Origin: Candidatus Woesearchaeota archaeon
Lineage (GTDB): Archaea > Nanobdellota > Nanobdellia > UBA10117 > GCA-020343615
Reading direction: 5' to 3'
Assembly (NCBI GenBank): GCA_020343615.1
Contig: CP070803.1
Coordinates: 143,686-207,685, forward strand
Length of the DNA stretch: 64,000 bases
In this document: one piece after another, positions 27,061 through 37,889 of the stretch
Position numbering within the stretch: position 1 is the first letter of the stretch
Layout: each line of letters starts with the position of its first letter
Translations under genes and position numbers: made by a program
Notes under the pieces: generated by a model
Told to the model about the DNA's origin: nothing
Seen by the model: only the letters and a program-made list of their open reading frames with translations
Database searches by the model: none

Positions 27061-28702
27061 TTTGTTCTACCTCCTCGCTTTCTTCCTCTTCTTCTAATTC
27101 TTCTTTAGGTTTAACTTTTGATTTTTCTTCCATTTCATCTAGTTCTTCCTCAAACTTTGAGAATTTTGTGTCTGCAATTTCTGTTATTTTTTTGTGAATT
27201 TCTTCCATTGGTTTTCCAGTGAGTTTTGATAAAGCTATTGCTAATTCTTGAGCATAACCTTTGAATTTCTCTTTTTTAGCAGCCTCAAATGCTGCTTTTT
27301 TCTTCTTGGAAACATATCTTTGTAGGAATCTTCCACATTCCTGAACTGCTAATTTTATTTCTTTGATTATTGCAGGATAGCTTGCTATAGCTTCTTTACC
27401 TTCTGATGTATATGGGACCCATACCGAAGCCATATGTACTAAAATAACTGCTGGTCCATTTGGTAATGAACCTGAGCTTTGTTGTAATCCGTATGACTTC
27501 CAGTTAACATCACTTACTGCTTTTGATATAGCACATGCTCCTTGCTGATAAAGTAATGGGACTTTATTTGCGAATCTCATCAAGCCTACTCTTCCTTCTG
27601 GATTTAATGATCCTCCATAACCAATAGCACATTCTATTTGGAACGGCATTCCTCTATATACTGTCGTTGGTCTTGTAATAGCATGTACAAAATCAATATC
27701 ATATTCTGCCTCAACACTATTTTTCAATATCTCAGCTCCAATTGGAGATAGACAATCCATGCTCGGATTCATTATTTTTGTATCTTGAACTGCATTAAGC
27801 AATTGCTCCATTTGTTCTCCAGTTAATAGTCTTGGTAAAATCTTGGGATCTAATTCTGATTTTTTTACAATTTCATTTGCTGTTCCCGAGCCTACTTTAT
27901 CAAATTCTTTTGTTAAGAATGATTTTAGGGATCTCGCTGTTGTGGCTTTTAACATTCTTTTTAGAATTCCTAGTTCAACTCCATGTGGATGTGGTCTTAT
28001 CTTCTTTGCTTTTTTTGGTAGCTTTTCACTTACTCTTGGAAATTCTAATTTCTTGTTATCAGGACCAACATACGTTATTTTTGCATGTGGATTTATTACA
28101 GCTGTTTCTTTAATATATTCAGGAACTGATTGTTTTGATTCTTGATATTTTGCTTCTATTTCAAATTCAATTTTTGTTCCATGGTCTTTCATCCACTCAG
28201 AGGTCTCAGCATTTACAATTTCTGGTTCATTTGTTTTTGTGTCTATGTGTATTTTGAATTTGTGAGCTTCATCTTTTGGTGAAGTTTTGGAAATAACAAT
28301 TGTTGGTTTACCAGTTGTTAGTTGTGCGTATAATACAACTGAACTGATTCCTATACCTTGCTGTCCTCTTGATTGCTTTCCACCAATACTCTCGAACTTA
28401 GAACCATACAAGAACTTACCAAATATTGGAGCAATTTGTTTTTTGACTATCCCGGGGCCATTATCCTCTATTATTAATTTAAATCTATTCTTTTTTACTT
28501 CCTTTAATTCTACATTTATATCTGGTAGAACATTTGCCTCTTCACAGGCGTCTAGACTATTATCTACTGCCTCTTTTACTGAGGTTAACAAAGACTGAGC
28601 TTTATTTGCAAAACCTAGTAAGTGTCTATTCTTTTCAAAAAACTCAGCTACTGAAATAGCTCTTTGTCCTTTAGCCAACTCCTTAGCAATACTTGATGTC
28701 AT
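27041..28702 (-). CDS. top6B: DNA topoisomerase VI subunit B (GHKL ATPase)
   Basis: GHKL Bergerat-fold motifs: VDNSLDA (N-box), DNGPGI (G1), and a GxxGxG-like G2 ([10 protein letters not shown]). Has the C-terminal acidic tail typical of Top6B. Confidence 0.9.
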   Translation of the reverse strand: MTSSIAKELAKGQRAISVAEFFEKNRHLLGFANKAQSLLTSVKEAVDNSLDACEEANVLPDINVELKEVKKNRFKLIIEDNGPGIVKKQIAPIFGKFLYGSKFESIGGKQSRGQQGIGISSVVLYAQLTTGKPTIVISKTSPKDEAHKFKIHIDTKTNEPEIVNAETSEWMKDHGTKIEFEIEAKYQESKQSVPEYIKETAVINPHAKITYVGPDNKKLEFPRVSEKLPKKAKKIRPHPHGVELGILKRMLKATTARSLKSFLTKEFDKVGSGTANEIVKKSELDPKILPRLLTGEQMEQLLNAVQDTKIMNPSMDCLSPIGAEILKNSVEAEYDIDFVHAITRPTTVYRGMPFQIECAIGYGGSLNPEGRVGLMRFANKVPLLYQQGACAISKAVSDVNWKSYGLQQSSGSLPNGPAVILVHMASVWVPYTSEGKEAIASYPAIIKEIKLAVQECGRFLQRYVSKKKKAAFEAAKKEKFKGYAQELAIALSKLTGKPMEEIHKKITEIADTKFSKFEEELDEMEEKSKVKPKEELEEEEESEEVEQNGNNYQ

Positions 28703-29205
28703 TTTAATTGATCATTAAGGAAGAGATAAGCTGTAGAATGTCTGGCTCCGGATAATAACATTTCAATTGTTTTCCTTGCGAGCTCAGCATCTTCATATTC
28801 GCCTATTATTCCTATGGTTTTTCCATATATTGAAATTTTTGTATTTGTTAAATCTTGTATCTTCTTTTTACACATCCCGTGTCTTCCAATTACTCTGCTC
28901 TTAAGACGTGTTTGTTGTTTCTTGTTTTTTCCACCAAAATCTCGGAGGTGTAATTGAATATATTGCATTTCTGGATTAAAAAGTTTTTCAGCATCTTTGA
29001 CACTAAAACCTCTCGCAACGGCACCAATTACTTCTTTACCTGTCCAACAAGATGTAGCATTGTCAGATTTTATCTTGACTAAATTTTCTTCCTCATCAAT
29101 TTCTAATTTTATATTTCCTATATTTTCAATTTCTTTTTTTAGTGCAAATATTTTCTTTAATTTTCTTTCTGGAACTAAGATTTCCTCTTCGAATTTTTTT
29201 TCCAT
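28699..29205 (-). CDS. KH-domain RNA-binding protein (archaeal Dim2/Pno1-like)
   Basis: Two KH-like segments with GxxG-type loops ([12 protein letters not shown]; IGAVARGFS). Lies in a conserved neighbourhood with aIF-1A. Confidence 0.6.
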   Translation of the reverse strand: MEKKFEEEILVPERKLKKIFALKKEIENIGNIKLEIDEEENLVKIKSDNATSCWTGKEVIGAVARGFSVKDAEKLFNPEMQYIQLHLRDFGGKNKKQQTRLKSRVIGRHGMCKKKIQDLTNTKISIYGKTIGIIGEYEDAELARKTIEMLLSGARHSTAYLFLNDQLK

Positions 29206-29208
29206 TTT

Positions 29209-29547
29209 CTAGAATTCTTCTTCAAATAAACCTTCCAGATAGCCTCTATTTTTTAACCAATTTACTTGATTATCTCTGTACTGATAGATTATATCTCCTT
29301 TTTCATCTCCTTGTATTTTCCAAGGTTGTACTAAAACAAAGATTCCTGGTCTTATTTTTAAGTATCTTCTTTTAGCTCCAGGGACTCTACACATTCTTAT
29401 TTTTCCATCAGCGCATTTAATAGTGCTTTTAGCATAACCGTGTCTAGTTATTACCTTACCTATAACTTGGTTGCCTTTAGGAGTCTGTACTCTAAATACT
29501 TCTTGATTATTCTTACCCTTTGACCATGATTTTTTGTTATTATACAT
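29209..29547 (-). CDS. eif1a: Translation initiation factor 1A (aIF-1A/eIF-1A)
   Basis: S1-like OB fold with the typical GKVI.RHGYAKSTIKCADGKIRMCRVPGAKRR..I.PGIFVLV sequence. Confidence 0.8.
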   Translation of the reverse strand: MYNNKKSWSKGKNNQEVFRVQTPKGNQVIGKVITRHGYAKSTIKCADGKIRMCRVPGAKRRYLKIRPGIFVLVQPWKIQGDEKGDIIYQYRDNQVNWLKNRGYLEGLFEEEF

Positions 29548-29591
29548 ATTAAATAGGAATAATTTACCCTTTATAAAGCTTTAAGTCCGAC

Positions 29592-30278
29592 CTAATCCGA
29601 TTTGAGTAAAATAACTGGTAATTTATGAGAAGTGTTCTTTAATCTATCCCACCCCCTCTGTTCAAAGCTACTCTTACTTTTTAAGTTATAATTGCTCTTT
29701 ACTTTCTTTGCAAAAGACTTTCCTTTGTCTTTGTCTGAGAAATAAATATCAACACCATTTGTGACTGGTTTAATTCTTATAACATATTTTTTGGGTAAAA
29801 GTTTCAGAATTTTTTTTATTAACTTATCATCTGTTCTTAGTTGAATTTTTGAATTCCATTGTTTGCTTTTCTTAATATTGCATGTGCTACACATCTTTTC
29901 TCTCACTATTATAGAAATTCTTCTAGATTCTGTAAAAACTTCATCGTTTATTGCTAACCACAATCTTACTTTCCCTTCTTCACCAGTTTCTACTACTTTG
30001 ATATTGTCTAAGATAACTTCCTTAGGTAATTTTATTCTCTTCGTTAATTCTTCTGTTAAATAAAGCTTCCAAGAATCTGTTTTAATCCATTTACCTTTAG
30101 ACAAAATCGAATTGCATTTTTTACAGATGGTCAATACTATCTCTTTTGGAACTCTAATTTGATTGTCTTGATAGTAACATTTAGCGCATAATCCGTTGTT
30201 AAGTTCTTTGGCTTCATGACCGCATTTTGGACAGAATTTATTTTTTAAACTCATTCGTAAATATTTTAAATTTAACAT
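29592..30278 (-). CDS. NMD3-family protein (ribosomal export/assembly factor homolog)
   Basis: N-terminal CPKCG...CAKC...CKKCN... zinc clusters followed by the Nmd3-type OB region. The true start may be the Met at MSLKNKFCPKCG. Confidence 0.6.
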   Translation of the reverse strand: MLNLKYLRMSLKNKFCPKCGHEAKELNNGLCAKCYYQDNQIRVPKEIVLTICKKCNSILSKGKWIKTDSWKLYLTEELTKRIKLPKEVILDNIKVVETGEEGKVRLWLAINDEVFTESRRISIIVREKMCSTCNIKKSKQWNSKIQLRTDDKLIKKILKLLPKKYVIRIKPVTNGVDIYFSDKDKGKSFAKKVKSNYNLKSKSSFEQRGWDRLKNTSHKLPVILLKSD

Positions 30279-30292
30279 ACAATATAAAAATT

Positions 30293-30673
30293 ATGGCTGA
30301 ATGTGAAATCTGTGGTAAATCTTCTTATGATTTAAGTTATGTTAAAGTAGAGGGTACTCTATTCAAGGTTTGCTTAAACTGTGCTTCTTTAGGTAATAAA
30401 GTTGAGGGTTATGTAGATAAACCTATGAAGAAGATTCCTCCGTCTATTAAAAGACGTGAAGATAATCAAGTAATTGTTAGTGATTACGGGCGTAGAGTTA
30501 GTGTTGGTAGACAGCATGCCGGGTTGAAACAAGAAGACTTAGCTAAAAAAATAAATGAAAGATTATCTCACATTAAAGCAGTTGAATCTGGAAAAAGAAC
30601 CCCTAGTTTAAAGTTGGCTAGAAAATTAGAAAATGCTCTTAATATTGTATTAATAGAAAGAGGGGAAATATAA
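30293..30673 (+). CDS. mbf1: Multiprotein bridging factor 1 (MBF1): zinc ribbon plus XRE-type HTH
   Basis: MAECEICGK...CLNC zinc ribbon, then an HTH (RQHAGLKQEDLAKKINERLSHIKAVESGKRTPSLKLARKLENAL). Start placed at ATG 30293, not the longer listed ORF. Confidence 0.7.
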   Translation: MAECEICGKSSYDLSYVKVEGTLFKVCLNCASLGNKVEGYVDKPMKKIPPSIKRREDNQVIVSDYGRRVSVGRQHAGLKQEDLAKKINERLSHIKAVESGKRTPSLKLARKLENALNIVLIERGEI

Positions 30674-30684
30674 AAAATAAAAAT

Positions 30685-32769
30685 TTATTCTTCCTCGTCT
30701 TCAAGTAGTTCTCTTATTTTTTTTACTAATTTTTTCTTCTTTTTCTTTTTCTTTTTTTCTTCTTTAACAGGTTCTTCCTCTGCCTCCTCCTCTTCTTCCT
30801 CTTCTTCCGGTTCTTCTTTTTTCTTAATATTCGATTTTTTTGGTGTTTCTTTAGTTCCTTGCCAAAGTAAGATTAATATCAATATAACTATTATCGCTCC
30901 AACTATGTATTTCCAATTATCTTTTATTATAGAGATTCCTGTAACTCCTGAAAATGCTCCAGTTATTTTGTCGCCTGTTGAAGACAGTGCTTCGGTTATT
31001 CTAGATAAAATACCTTCTTCCTCGTCTTCAGTTACTTCTGATTCATTTACTTCTTCTTCAACTTCTTCCATGTCTTCCTCTTCTCCGACGCTCTCAATGT
31101 CAACTCCTTTCCCGACCTCCACAACATTAACTTCAATCGCCTCTGATGCTTGAATTGTTCCTTCTTCTAATCTCGCTGAAACAGATAATGTGTAATGGTC
31201 TCTTTCGGCTTCTTCTGGAATTGCAATGTATAAATACGCTACATCTGTTTCTCCAGCCTCAACAGTTACTGTTGATGGATTTAGCTGAGCAAAGGAAGTA
31301 CCTGCTCCTGAAATTTCTAAAGAATAGGTTGCTTCTTCTTTACCTTTATTTTCTATATTTATTGGAATTAATGCTCCTTCACCTATAGCAATATCTATTT
31401 CATCTAATTCTGCTGATAATGCTATAGCGAAGCAAATATCTTTACTAATTACTTCGAGTTCTAGAGTATCTTCACCAGAAGTTTCACTTGGTTCTTGTGA
31501 TTTGGCTATTACTTTAATATTATACGTATCGACTGTTTCTGGGGCATCTACTATAAGACTTAGTGTTTCGCTTTCCCCTTCGTCAAGTTCTACAAAGTTT
31601 TTATCTAATCTAGCCCACTCCGGGCCTTCGATAAAGATACTATACGGTTCTTTGAATTTTCCTAAATTTGTTAAAGATACTTCATAAGTTTTTGAACTTT
31701 GAGCACAAATCGTGTCTTGATTAGCAGCTAATTTTAATTCTGTAATAAAACAAGGTCTTATTGTTATGTCTATTTCCTTCTTCTGAGATACCTTTCCAGT
31801 TTCACTTTCAGCGTTTATCTCTATACTAAAGTCTCCAGTTTCATAGTAATCTGGAAAAATTGTTAAATTTACTACTTCTTCGTCTCCTTCTGCTATGAAT
31901 ACTTCAGTATCATCTAAAGTAGCCCAATCAGGTCCTGTAACACTCAGATCGTACGTGTTATCTATGATGCCTTCGTTCTTTATTAAAACAGGTATTTTTG
32001 CATGTGTATGATCACAAAAAGAATAAACATCTTTAGGGGAATCTATAGAGTATTCATAACATTCTTCTATAACTATTTGTATGTCTTTACTACTAACAGC
32101 ATCGCTATCTTCTGAAGATGCTGTTACAGTTAATCCGTATTCTCCTAAATCATCTGGTGGTGCTCTTATTCCGAGTGTAACTTCTTCTTCTTCATTTTTA
32201 TCTAGTCTTAGGGTATCTTGAGATAGAACTGCCCAATCTTCAGCTACTCCACTTAGAGATAAGGTGAAATCTTCAGTATATTCTCCAATATTCTTAATTG
32301 TAAGTTCATAACTTACTAACTCTCCTGGACATGCTGTCTTAGAATCATCATCAACTGTAATTTCTACACCATGACATGGTTCAATTATTATGTCGTAAGA
32401 AAGTTCTTCTTCTCCTGCGCTTCCACCATCTATTTTTATATTCAAATCATAAGCTCCTATTAATGCTTTGCTAGATGGTGTGATCCATACATAAACGCTT
32501 TTAGTTTTTCCAGGTTCTAAAGAGAATCCTGTTGGTGCAGCTACAGCCCATTTTTGAGCGGTGCCGGATAAAGAAACAGTAAAACTTATTGTCTCATCTC
32601 CTTTATTTTCAATAGGTATATTTATTGTTTCTGTGTGTGTTGGACATAATCTTTTTTCTCCACCCATTGCTCCTACTTCGAAGTCTTCTAATGAAAAAGC
32701 AATTGGTGTAATTAATAATAGAACTCCTATAATAAAAAATGGAATTATTTTATTCTTCATTATTATCAA
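30685..32769 (-). CDS. Secreted/cell-surface protein with repeated Ig-like domains, a C-terminal TM anchor and a poly-E/poly-K cytoplasmic tail
   Basis: N-terminal signal/anchor (IIPFFIIGVLLLITPIAFS). About five repeated units of roughly 100 aa (e.g. VSLSGTAQKWAV.., TLSLSGVAEDWAVL.., VTGPDWATL.., FIEGPEWARL..). C-terminal TM (IVGAIIVILILILLW) followed by EEPEEEEEEEEAEEEP...KKKKKKKKK. Confidence 0.6.
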   Translation of the reverse strand: MIIMKNKIIPFFIIGVLLLITPIAFSLEDFEVGAMGGEKRLCPTHTETINIPIENKGDETISFTVSLSGTAQKWAVAAPTGFSLEPGKTKSVYVWITPSSKALIGAYDLNIKIDGGSAGEEELSYDIIIEPCHGVEITVDDDSKTACPGELVSYELTIKNIGEYTEDFTLSLSGVAEDWAVLSQDTLRLDKNEEEEVTLGIRAPPDDLGEYGLTVTASSEDSDAVSSKDIQIVIEECYEYSIDSPKDVYSFCDHTHAKIPVLIKNEGIIDNTYDLSVTGPDWATLDDTEVFIAEGDEEVVNLTIFPDYYETGDFSIEINAESETGKVSQKKEIDITIRPCFITELKLAANQDTICAQSSKTYEVSLTNLGKFKEPYSIFIEGPEWARLDKNFVELDEGESETLSLIVDAPETVDTYNIKVIAKSQEPSETSGEDTLELEVISKDICFAIALSAELDEIDIAIGEGALIPINIENKGKEEATYSLEISGAGTSFAQLNPSTVTVEAGETDVAYLYIAIPEEAERDHYTLSVSARLEEGTIQASEAIEVNVVEVGKGVDIESVGEEEDMEEVEEEVNESEVTEDEEEGILSRITEALSSTGDKITGAFSGVTGISIIKDNWKYIVGAIIVILILILLWQGTKETPKKSNIKKKEEPEEEEEEEEAEEEPVKEEKKKKKKKKKLVKKIRELLEDEEE

Positions 32770-32892
32770 CCTCTAGAGTTGTTACTTAAATTTAGTATAG
32801 ATGGTTATTACTTTAAGTAAGTAATTCACATATAAATAGTTTTTGATTTCTTGTCTCCCTTAAATGTTTTTATTTTTAATGAGTAGTAACAA

Positions 32893-34341
32893 CTAGTATT
32901 GTTTTGCTATGTAGACTACATGACTGGCTTTCTTACCACAAATTACACATTTACTTCCTGGCTTGATTTTTTCTCTTTTATCAATTCTTTCTCCTCTAAC
33001 TTCTGCTTGTAATTCTTCTTTTATTTTTTCTGCACACTTTTCACCGTTTAAATCTATAGAACAAAAATTAACTTTTATGAACCCCCCTTTTCTTATCTTA
33101 TTCTTTAATTCAGAGTATGTATTCGCTGAGCGTATATTTTGTTTTAAGTTCTTTTCAGCTCTAGTTCTTAAAGTATCTAGAATCTCTTTTTCAAGTTTTT
33201 TAATGTGTTTTAGTAAATCTTTTTGTTTGATTGCATGCTTCTTAGAAGTGTCTCTTCTGACAACAACTGCTTGCTTTTTCTTTATATCCTGTGGTCCTAT
33301 CTCTATCCTTACAGGTACTCCTTTGATCTCCCAATCATGGTATTTAGAACCTGCTGTGTACTCAGGTCTATCATCAATATGAACTCTATACTTTTTTAAT
33401 AGCTTGGCTACCTTTTTGCATTCTTTTAAAACTCCTTTTTCTTTACCTTTAAAGAAAATCGGAATTATTACAATCTGATAGGGAGCTAAACTAAATGGCA
33501 AAATAAGTCCTTTATTATCTCCATGTATGCTGATAATGCTAGCCATAAATCTCCATGGAGCAGGACCGTAAGTGGTTTGCCAACCGTATTTATCTTTTTT
33601 CTTCTCGTCTTTGAATTTTATACCAAATGCTTTAGAGAAATTCTGTCCGTAGAAATGCGAACTAGGTTGCTGCAATGCTCTTCCATCTGGACTTAAAGTA
33701 TCCGCAGCACAAGTATAAACAGATCCTGCAAATTTATCCCATTGTGGTCTCTTAAAACCTAAAAAAGGCATTCCTAATTCTTTATACAAAACATTTTTAC
33801 TCATTTCCATATCTTCGAGAATCTGTGCTTCTGCCTCTTCTTTGGTTTCGAAGACGTTATGTGCTTCTAAAAAGAAAAATTCTCTACCTCTTAAAAAAGG
33901 CCTTGTTGTAGGCTCGTATCTATAAACATTGGCTTCTTGGTATCTTTTAAACGGTAGGTCTCTCCACGATCTAATCCAATAAGAGTACATCGTATACATC
34001 GCTGTTTCAGAAGTCGGCCTTATTCCTAATGGTTCTTCTAGTTTCTTGTGCCTTGTACCAGCTTCTGTAACCCAAAAAACTTGTGCACCAAATCCTTCAG
34101 CATGATCTGCTTCTTTTACAAAATTAGATTTTGGGATTAATAGAGGAAACATAACTTCTTTATGGCCTGTCCTTTCAAATTCTTTCTTATACATTTCAAA
34201 CATTTTTTTCATAATAAACGTAGACCACCAGCGGTGAACTAAAAATCCTTGAACATTATATCTAAGGTCGGCTAGTTCTGCCTTCTTTATTATTTCAGAA
34301 TACCATTCTGAAAAATTATCACCTTTTTTATTCTCTAACAT
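32893..34341 (-). CDS. proS: Prolyl-tRNA synthetase (archaeal/eukaryotic type)
   Basis: Class II motifs (FRYEPTTRPFLRGREFFFLEAH; GWQTTYG). The C-terminal zinc-binding domain ends in ...CVICGKKASHVVYIAKQY, with the conserved terminal Tyr. Confidence 0.9.
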   Translation of the reverse strand: MLENKKGDNFSEWYSEIIKKAELADLRYNVQGFLVHRWWSTFIMKKMFEMYKKEFERTGHKEVMFPLLIPKSNFVKEADHAEGFGAQVFWVTEAGTRHKKLEEPLGIRPTSETAMYTMYSYWIRSWRDLPFKRYQEANVYRYEPTTRPFLRGREFFFLEAHNVFETKEEAEAQILEDMEMSKNVLYKELGMPFLGFKRPQWDKFAGSVYTCAADTLSPDGRALQQPSSHFYGQNFSKAFGIKFKDEKKKDKYGWQTTYGPAPWRFMASIISIHGDNKGLILPFSLAPYQIVIIPIFFKGKEKGVLKECKKVAKLLKKYRVHIDDRPEYTAGSKYHDWEIKGVPVRIEIGPQDIKKKQAVVVRRDTSKKHAIKQKDLLKHIKKLEKEILDTLRTRAEKNLKQNIRSANTYSELKNKIRKGGFIKVNFCSIDLNGEKCAEKIKEELQAEVRGERIDKREKIKPGSKCVICGKKASHVVYIAKQY

Positions 34342-34396
34342 ACTTTTTAAGAGAAATACAAAGTATTTAAAATATTTCTTATTAATTATTTCCTAT

Positions 34397-35623
34397 ATGG
34401 TAAAAATAGCTGTTATTTCAGACCTACACTTAGGTTTCAGTCCTGATTTTGAAAGAGAGAAGGATTGTTATGAACAGGCTGCTAATGCCTTCAATAAGGC
34501 TCTATCTGAAGACCCAAATCTGATTATTTTGATTGGAGATATATTCCATAAAAAAATACCTGCTCAAGAGACATTAGGTAATGCCATTACATTCTTCTCC
34601 GAAGTTAATAAACGAATGGGTAAAGAAGTCAGAGTATTAGAAAAAGAGGGGGGAAAGAAGGAAGTAGATAAAATACCTGCAATTATTACTATATACGGAA
34701 CTCATGAGAGACGGAACGCTGGAAAAATGAATCCAGTACACATTCTTGAAAAAGCTAAGCTATTATATTGCTTGCATAAGGAATCAATCTTAGCTCAATT
34801 TGATGGGGTGAGAATAGGTATACATGGTTTATCAGGAGTTCATGATAAATTTGCAAGGACAGAATTAGAAAATTGGAGACCTAAACCATTTGAAAGAGCT
34901 GTAAATTTATTCCTCATACATCAAACATTTAATGACATTATCCCTACTCAGGATGAGGACTTACTAGAATTTAATGATCTACCTACTGGTTTTGATTTAT
35001 ATTTACTAGGTCATATTCACTGGAATTTAGAGGACAAGCATCCGGTCTCTAAGGCTCCAATCTTAGTCCCGGGTTCTACTATCGCAACTCAGTTGAGGGG
35101 CATTGAGAGCAAGAAAGAAAAAGGATTCTACCTCTTGAATATAATACATGGTCAAACAAAGATAAAATTTATTCCTATTAAAACAAGACCCTTTATATTT
35201 GAAAAAATAGATGTGGGTGATAAAAAACCTTCAGAAATATTAACTCTTCTTTCTGAGAAAATTTCCTCATTTCTAAAAGAAGATTATAGAAAAAAACCAA
35301 TATTCAGGTTTAAATTAGAAGGCAAGCTGGCTGAAGGTTTTTCACCTGTAGATTTACAATTAAAACCGGTAATTGATAGGTATAGTAATAAAGCTATTTT
35401 AAAGATAGATAAATCTTCTCTGACATCCTCAGAATTAGAAAAAAGAAAAAGCTTCCTTCAAGGACTTATTGATGAGAAGGAGTCTGTAAATAAAATCGGG
35501 CTAAATATATTAATGAAATCCTTGGATTTTTCAGATCCTAAATTAGAGGAACTTTTCGATTGCCTATCTGAAGGGGATATTGAAAGTGCTGAAGAGGTTA
35601 TTAGTAAATTAAAATTAGAATGA
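34397..35623 (+). CDS. mre11: Mre11 DNA double-strand-break repair nuclease
   Basis: Phosphoesterase motifs DLHLG, GDIFH, GTHER, GHIHW. Confidence 0.85.
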   Translation: MVKIAVISDLHLGFSPDFEREKDCYEQAANAFNKALSEDPNLIILIGDIFHKKIPAQETLGNAITFFSEVNKRMGKEVRVLEKEGGKKEVDKIPAIITIYGTHERRNAGKMNPVHILEKAKLLYCLHKESILAQFDGVRIGIHGLSGVHDKFARTELENWRPKPFERAVNLFLIHQTFNDIIPTQDEDLLEFNDLPTGFDLYLLGHIHWNLEDKHPVSKAPILVPGSTIATQLRGIESKKEKGFYLLNIIHGQTKIKFIPIKTRPFIFEKIDVGDKKPSEILTLLSEKISSFLKEDYRKKPIFRFKLEGKLAEGFSPVDLQLKPVIDRYSNKAILKIDKSSLTSSELEKRKSFLQGLIDEKESVNKIGLNILMKSLDFSDPKLEELFDCLSEGDIESAEEVISKLKLE

Positions 35624-37887
35624 TAACTAAATTAGATCTTAAAAATTGGAAGAATCATAGGAGTATTGAGCTAGAATTCTATCCTGGTATTAATTCAATA
35701 GTAGGGGACATGGGTTCTGGAAAATCCTCAATATTGCAAGCTATTAGTTTCGCATTATTTGGTACTTTTTCTGAATTGAAAAGTAAGGAAATAAAGACTA
35801 CTGATTTAATAACTAGAAATGTAGCTGATTCTTCTAAGGTTTTTCTAGAGTTTAAAAATAGTAGGGATAATCTTGTTATTGAAAGAAAGGTTCATAGGGA
35901 TAAGACATCTGAGGCTACTCTAAAGAGGAAGGGAAAATTAATTTCTGGTCCTCAAGTACAAGAAGTTACTGCTAGTGTAGAAAAAATTATTGGGGTAAAT
36001 CAAAACCTCTGGCTTAGAACAGTATATGCTAAACAAAATGAGATAGATTATTTTCTCAATATTCCTCCACTAAGAAGAAAGAAAGAACTTGATGAACTTA
36101 TGAACTTAGATAAATTTGAGAAAGCAAGAGAAAATTCTGTTAAGTTAATTAATATATTAAAAAACAGAATAAAAGAGAAATCTAGTGTTTTAGAAGATTT
36201 TGATTTAGAAACAATAGAAGAAAAAATACACGAATTATCTTCAAGCCTTAAAGGACTTAAAGAAGAAGCATCTGTAATTGAGTCTAAAATAAAAACAGCT
36301 GAAAAAGAAAAAGAAAAGGTTAAGGAGACTCTTGAAGAAGTAAAGGAAAAGGTTAATGAAATCAATAAAATAACAGAACGCTATTCTCTACTCAAGGAAG
36401 AATTAGAAGAACTGAAAGAAGAGATTGAAGAGATTGAAGTAAAGGATAGACATGAATTTGAACAGGAGCTACAATTAATTAAAAAAAGTATATCTGATAA
36501 TCAAATAAAAAAACAAAAATTAAAAGAAGTTGCTGATGAAAAAAGAGAACTTCTTATAGATCTTGAAAAACAACTTAGTGTTATAAAAGAAAAAATAAAA
36601 GAAATTAGGGAAGACAATGAACGTATATTAAAATTAAAGGAAGACTATTCTAAATATAAAGAAATTGGAGAAGAGTTTTCTCATTTAAGCAAAGAAATTG
36701 AAGATAAAAAATCTCTAATTGACAATAGAAAAGGATTCCTAAGTAATTTAAAATATCATGTTGAACAGCTAAAAAAGGCTGAAAGTGTATGCCCTGTTTG
36801 TTCTACAAGATTAGACCCTCAAACTAAACAGCGATTAATTATGCTAAGAGAACAAAAAATTGCTTCCGAAGAAAGAGAGATTCAATTAATGGAGCGCGCA
36901 TTAAAAGAATTACAGGGTGATGAAGATACTCTTAAAGAAAAAGATGAAGAAAGAAAGAGAATTATAAATCAATTGAAATCTTACAAAGAGACATTGGGGG
37001 ATAAAAAAGAACTAATAGAGGAATTCAAAAAATTAGATACTGATAAATCTGATTTAAAAGAAAGTATAGAAATTGGTGAGGGTACTATTAGTGAAATTGA
37101 AAAGAAATTAGAAGAATTATCTGAAGAATATGTTGATTTACAAAATGAAAGGAATCTTCAAGAAAAAATTGATAGAAAAAATAAATTAGAAAAGGAAATT
37201 GAAGAGATTTCGTGTAAAAAAGTAAATGAAAAGAAGGTATTTGATGATTTAGAAAAAGTTGAAGAGCTGTATGAAAAATTAATACAGAAAGTTCAGGAAA
37301 TAAAAACAAGAAAGGAATATATTTCTCCGCTTATAGAAGAACGGAAAGCTCGCTTAGAAGAACTTAGTAGCAGTAAAGAAGAAATAGCTAAAATAAACAA
37401 AGAAATTCAAAAGATAAAAATGCAATCTGAATTCTTAAATAAATTCAAGAATTCTTTAATCCAAGCTCAAGGAGAATTAAGAAGTGAGCTAATTCTCGCT
37501 GTAAATGAAATTATGGGTAATATTTGGCAGGATATATACCCTTATGAAAAGTGGAGCGGTATAAGATTAGAAGCTACAGAAGAAGATTATATTTTACAAC
37601 TTAAAGAAGTAGATGGTGACTGGCTCTCTATTGCTGGCTTTGCTTCTGGTGGTGAGAGAATGATTGCTTCTCTAGCATTAAGAATTGCTTTTGCTAAAAT
37701 TCTAGCTCCGAAATTAGATCTATTAATTCTAGACGAACCTACTCATAATTTAGATAAAAATACTATCGACAAGCTTACACAAGTAATTGAAGATAGATTA
37801 TCGAACTTGTTAAATCAAACTTTCATAGTAACTCATGAAGAAAAGTTGGCAGAATCTGCCTCAAATTTAATAAAAATAAAAGAATAA
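35620..37887 (+). CDS. rad50: Rad50 ATPase
   Basis: N-terminal Walker A (GDMGSGKSS), a long coiled coil with a CPVC zinc hook, and a C-terminal signature/Walker B (SGGERMIASLALRIAF...LLILDEPT). Start overlaps the mre11 stop. Confidence 0.9.
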   Translation: MITKLDLKNWKNHRSIELEFYPGINSIVGDMGSGKSSILQAISFALFGTFSELKSKEIKTTDLITRNVADSSKVFLEFKNSRDNLVIERKVHRDKTSEATLKRKGKLISGPQVQEVTASVEKIIGVNQNLWLRTVYAKQNEIDYFLNIPPLRRKKELDELMNLDKFEKARENSVKLINILKNRIKEKSSVLEDFDLETIEEKIHELSSSLKGLKEEASVIESKIKTAEKEKEKVKETLEEVKEKVNEINKITERYSLLKEELEELKEEIEEIEVKDRHEFEQELQLIKKSISDNQIKKQKLKEVADEKRELLIDLEKQLSVIKEKIKEIREDNERILKLKEDYSKYKEIGEEFSHLSKEIEDKKSLIDNRKGFLSNLKYHVEQLKKAESVCPVCSTRLDPQTKQRLIMLREQKIASEEREIQLMERALKELQGDEDTLKEKDEERKRIINQLKSYKETLGDKKELIEEFKKLDTDKSDLKESIEIGEGTISEIEKKLEELSEEYVDLQNERNLQEKIDRKNKLEKEIEEISCKKVNEKKVFDDLEKVEELYEKLIQKVQEIKTRKEYISPLIEERKARLEELSSSKEEIAKINKEIQKIKMQSEFLNKFKNSLIQAQGELRSELILAVNEIMGNIWQDIYPYEKWSGIRLEATEEDYILQLKEVDGDWLSIAGFASGGERMIASLALRIAFAKILAPKLDLLILDEPTHNLDKNTIDKLTQVIEDRLSNLLNQTFIVTHEEKLAESASNLIKIKE

Positions 37888-37889
37888 GA

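Noticed and set aside
27832-28598. Plus-strand ORFs inside top6B (27832..28113, 27843..28145, 28287..28598)
   Set aside because: Antisense to top6B with hydrophobic, low-complexity translations.
30227-30292. Upstream extension of the MBF1 ORF (start at 30227)
   Set aside because: The extension overlaps the convergent Nmd3-like gene start region, and MBF1 proteins begin with the zinc ribbon (MAECEICGK), which starts at ATG 30293.
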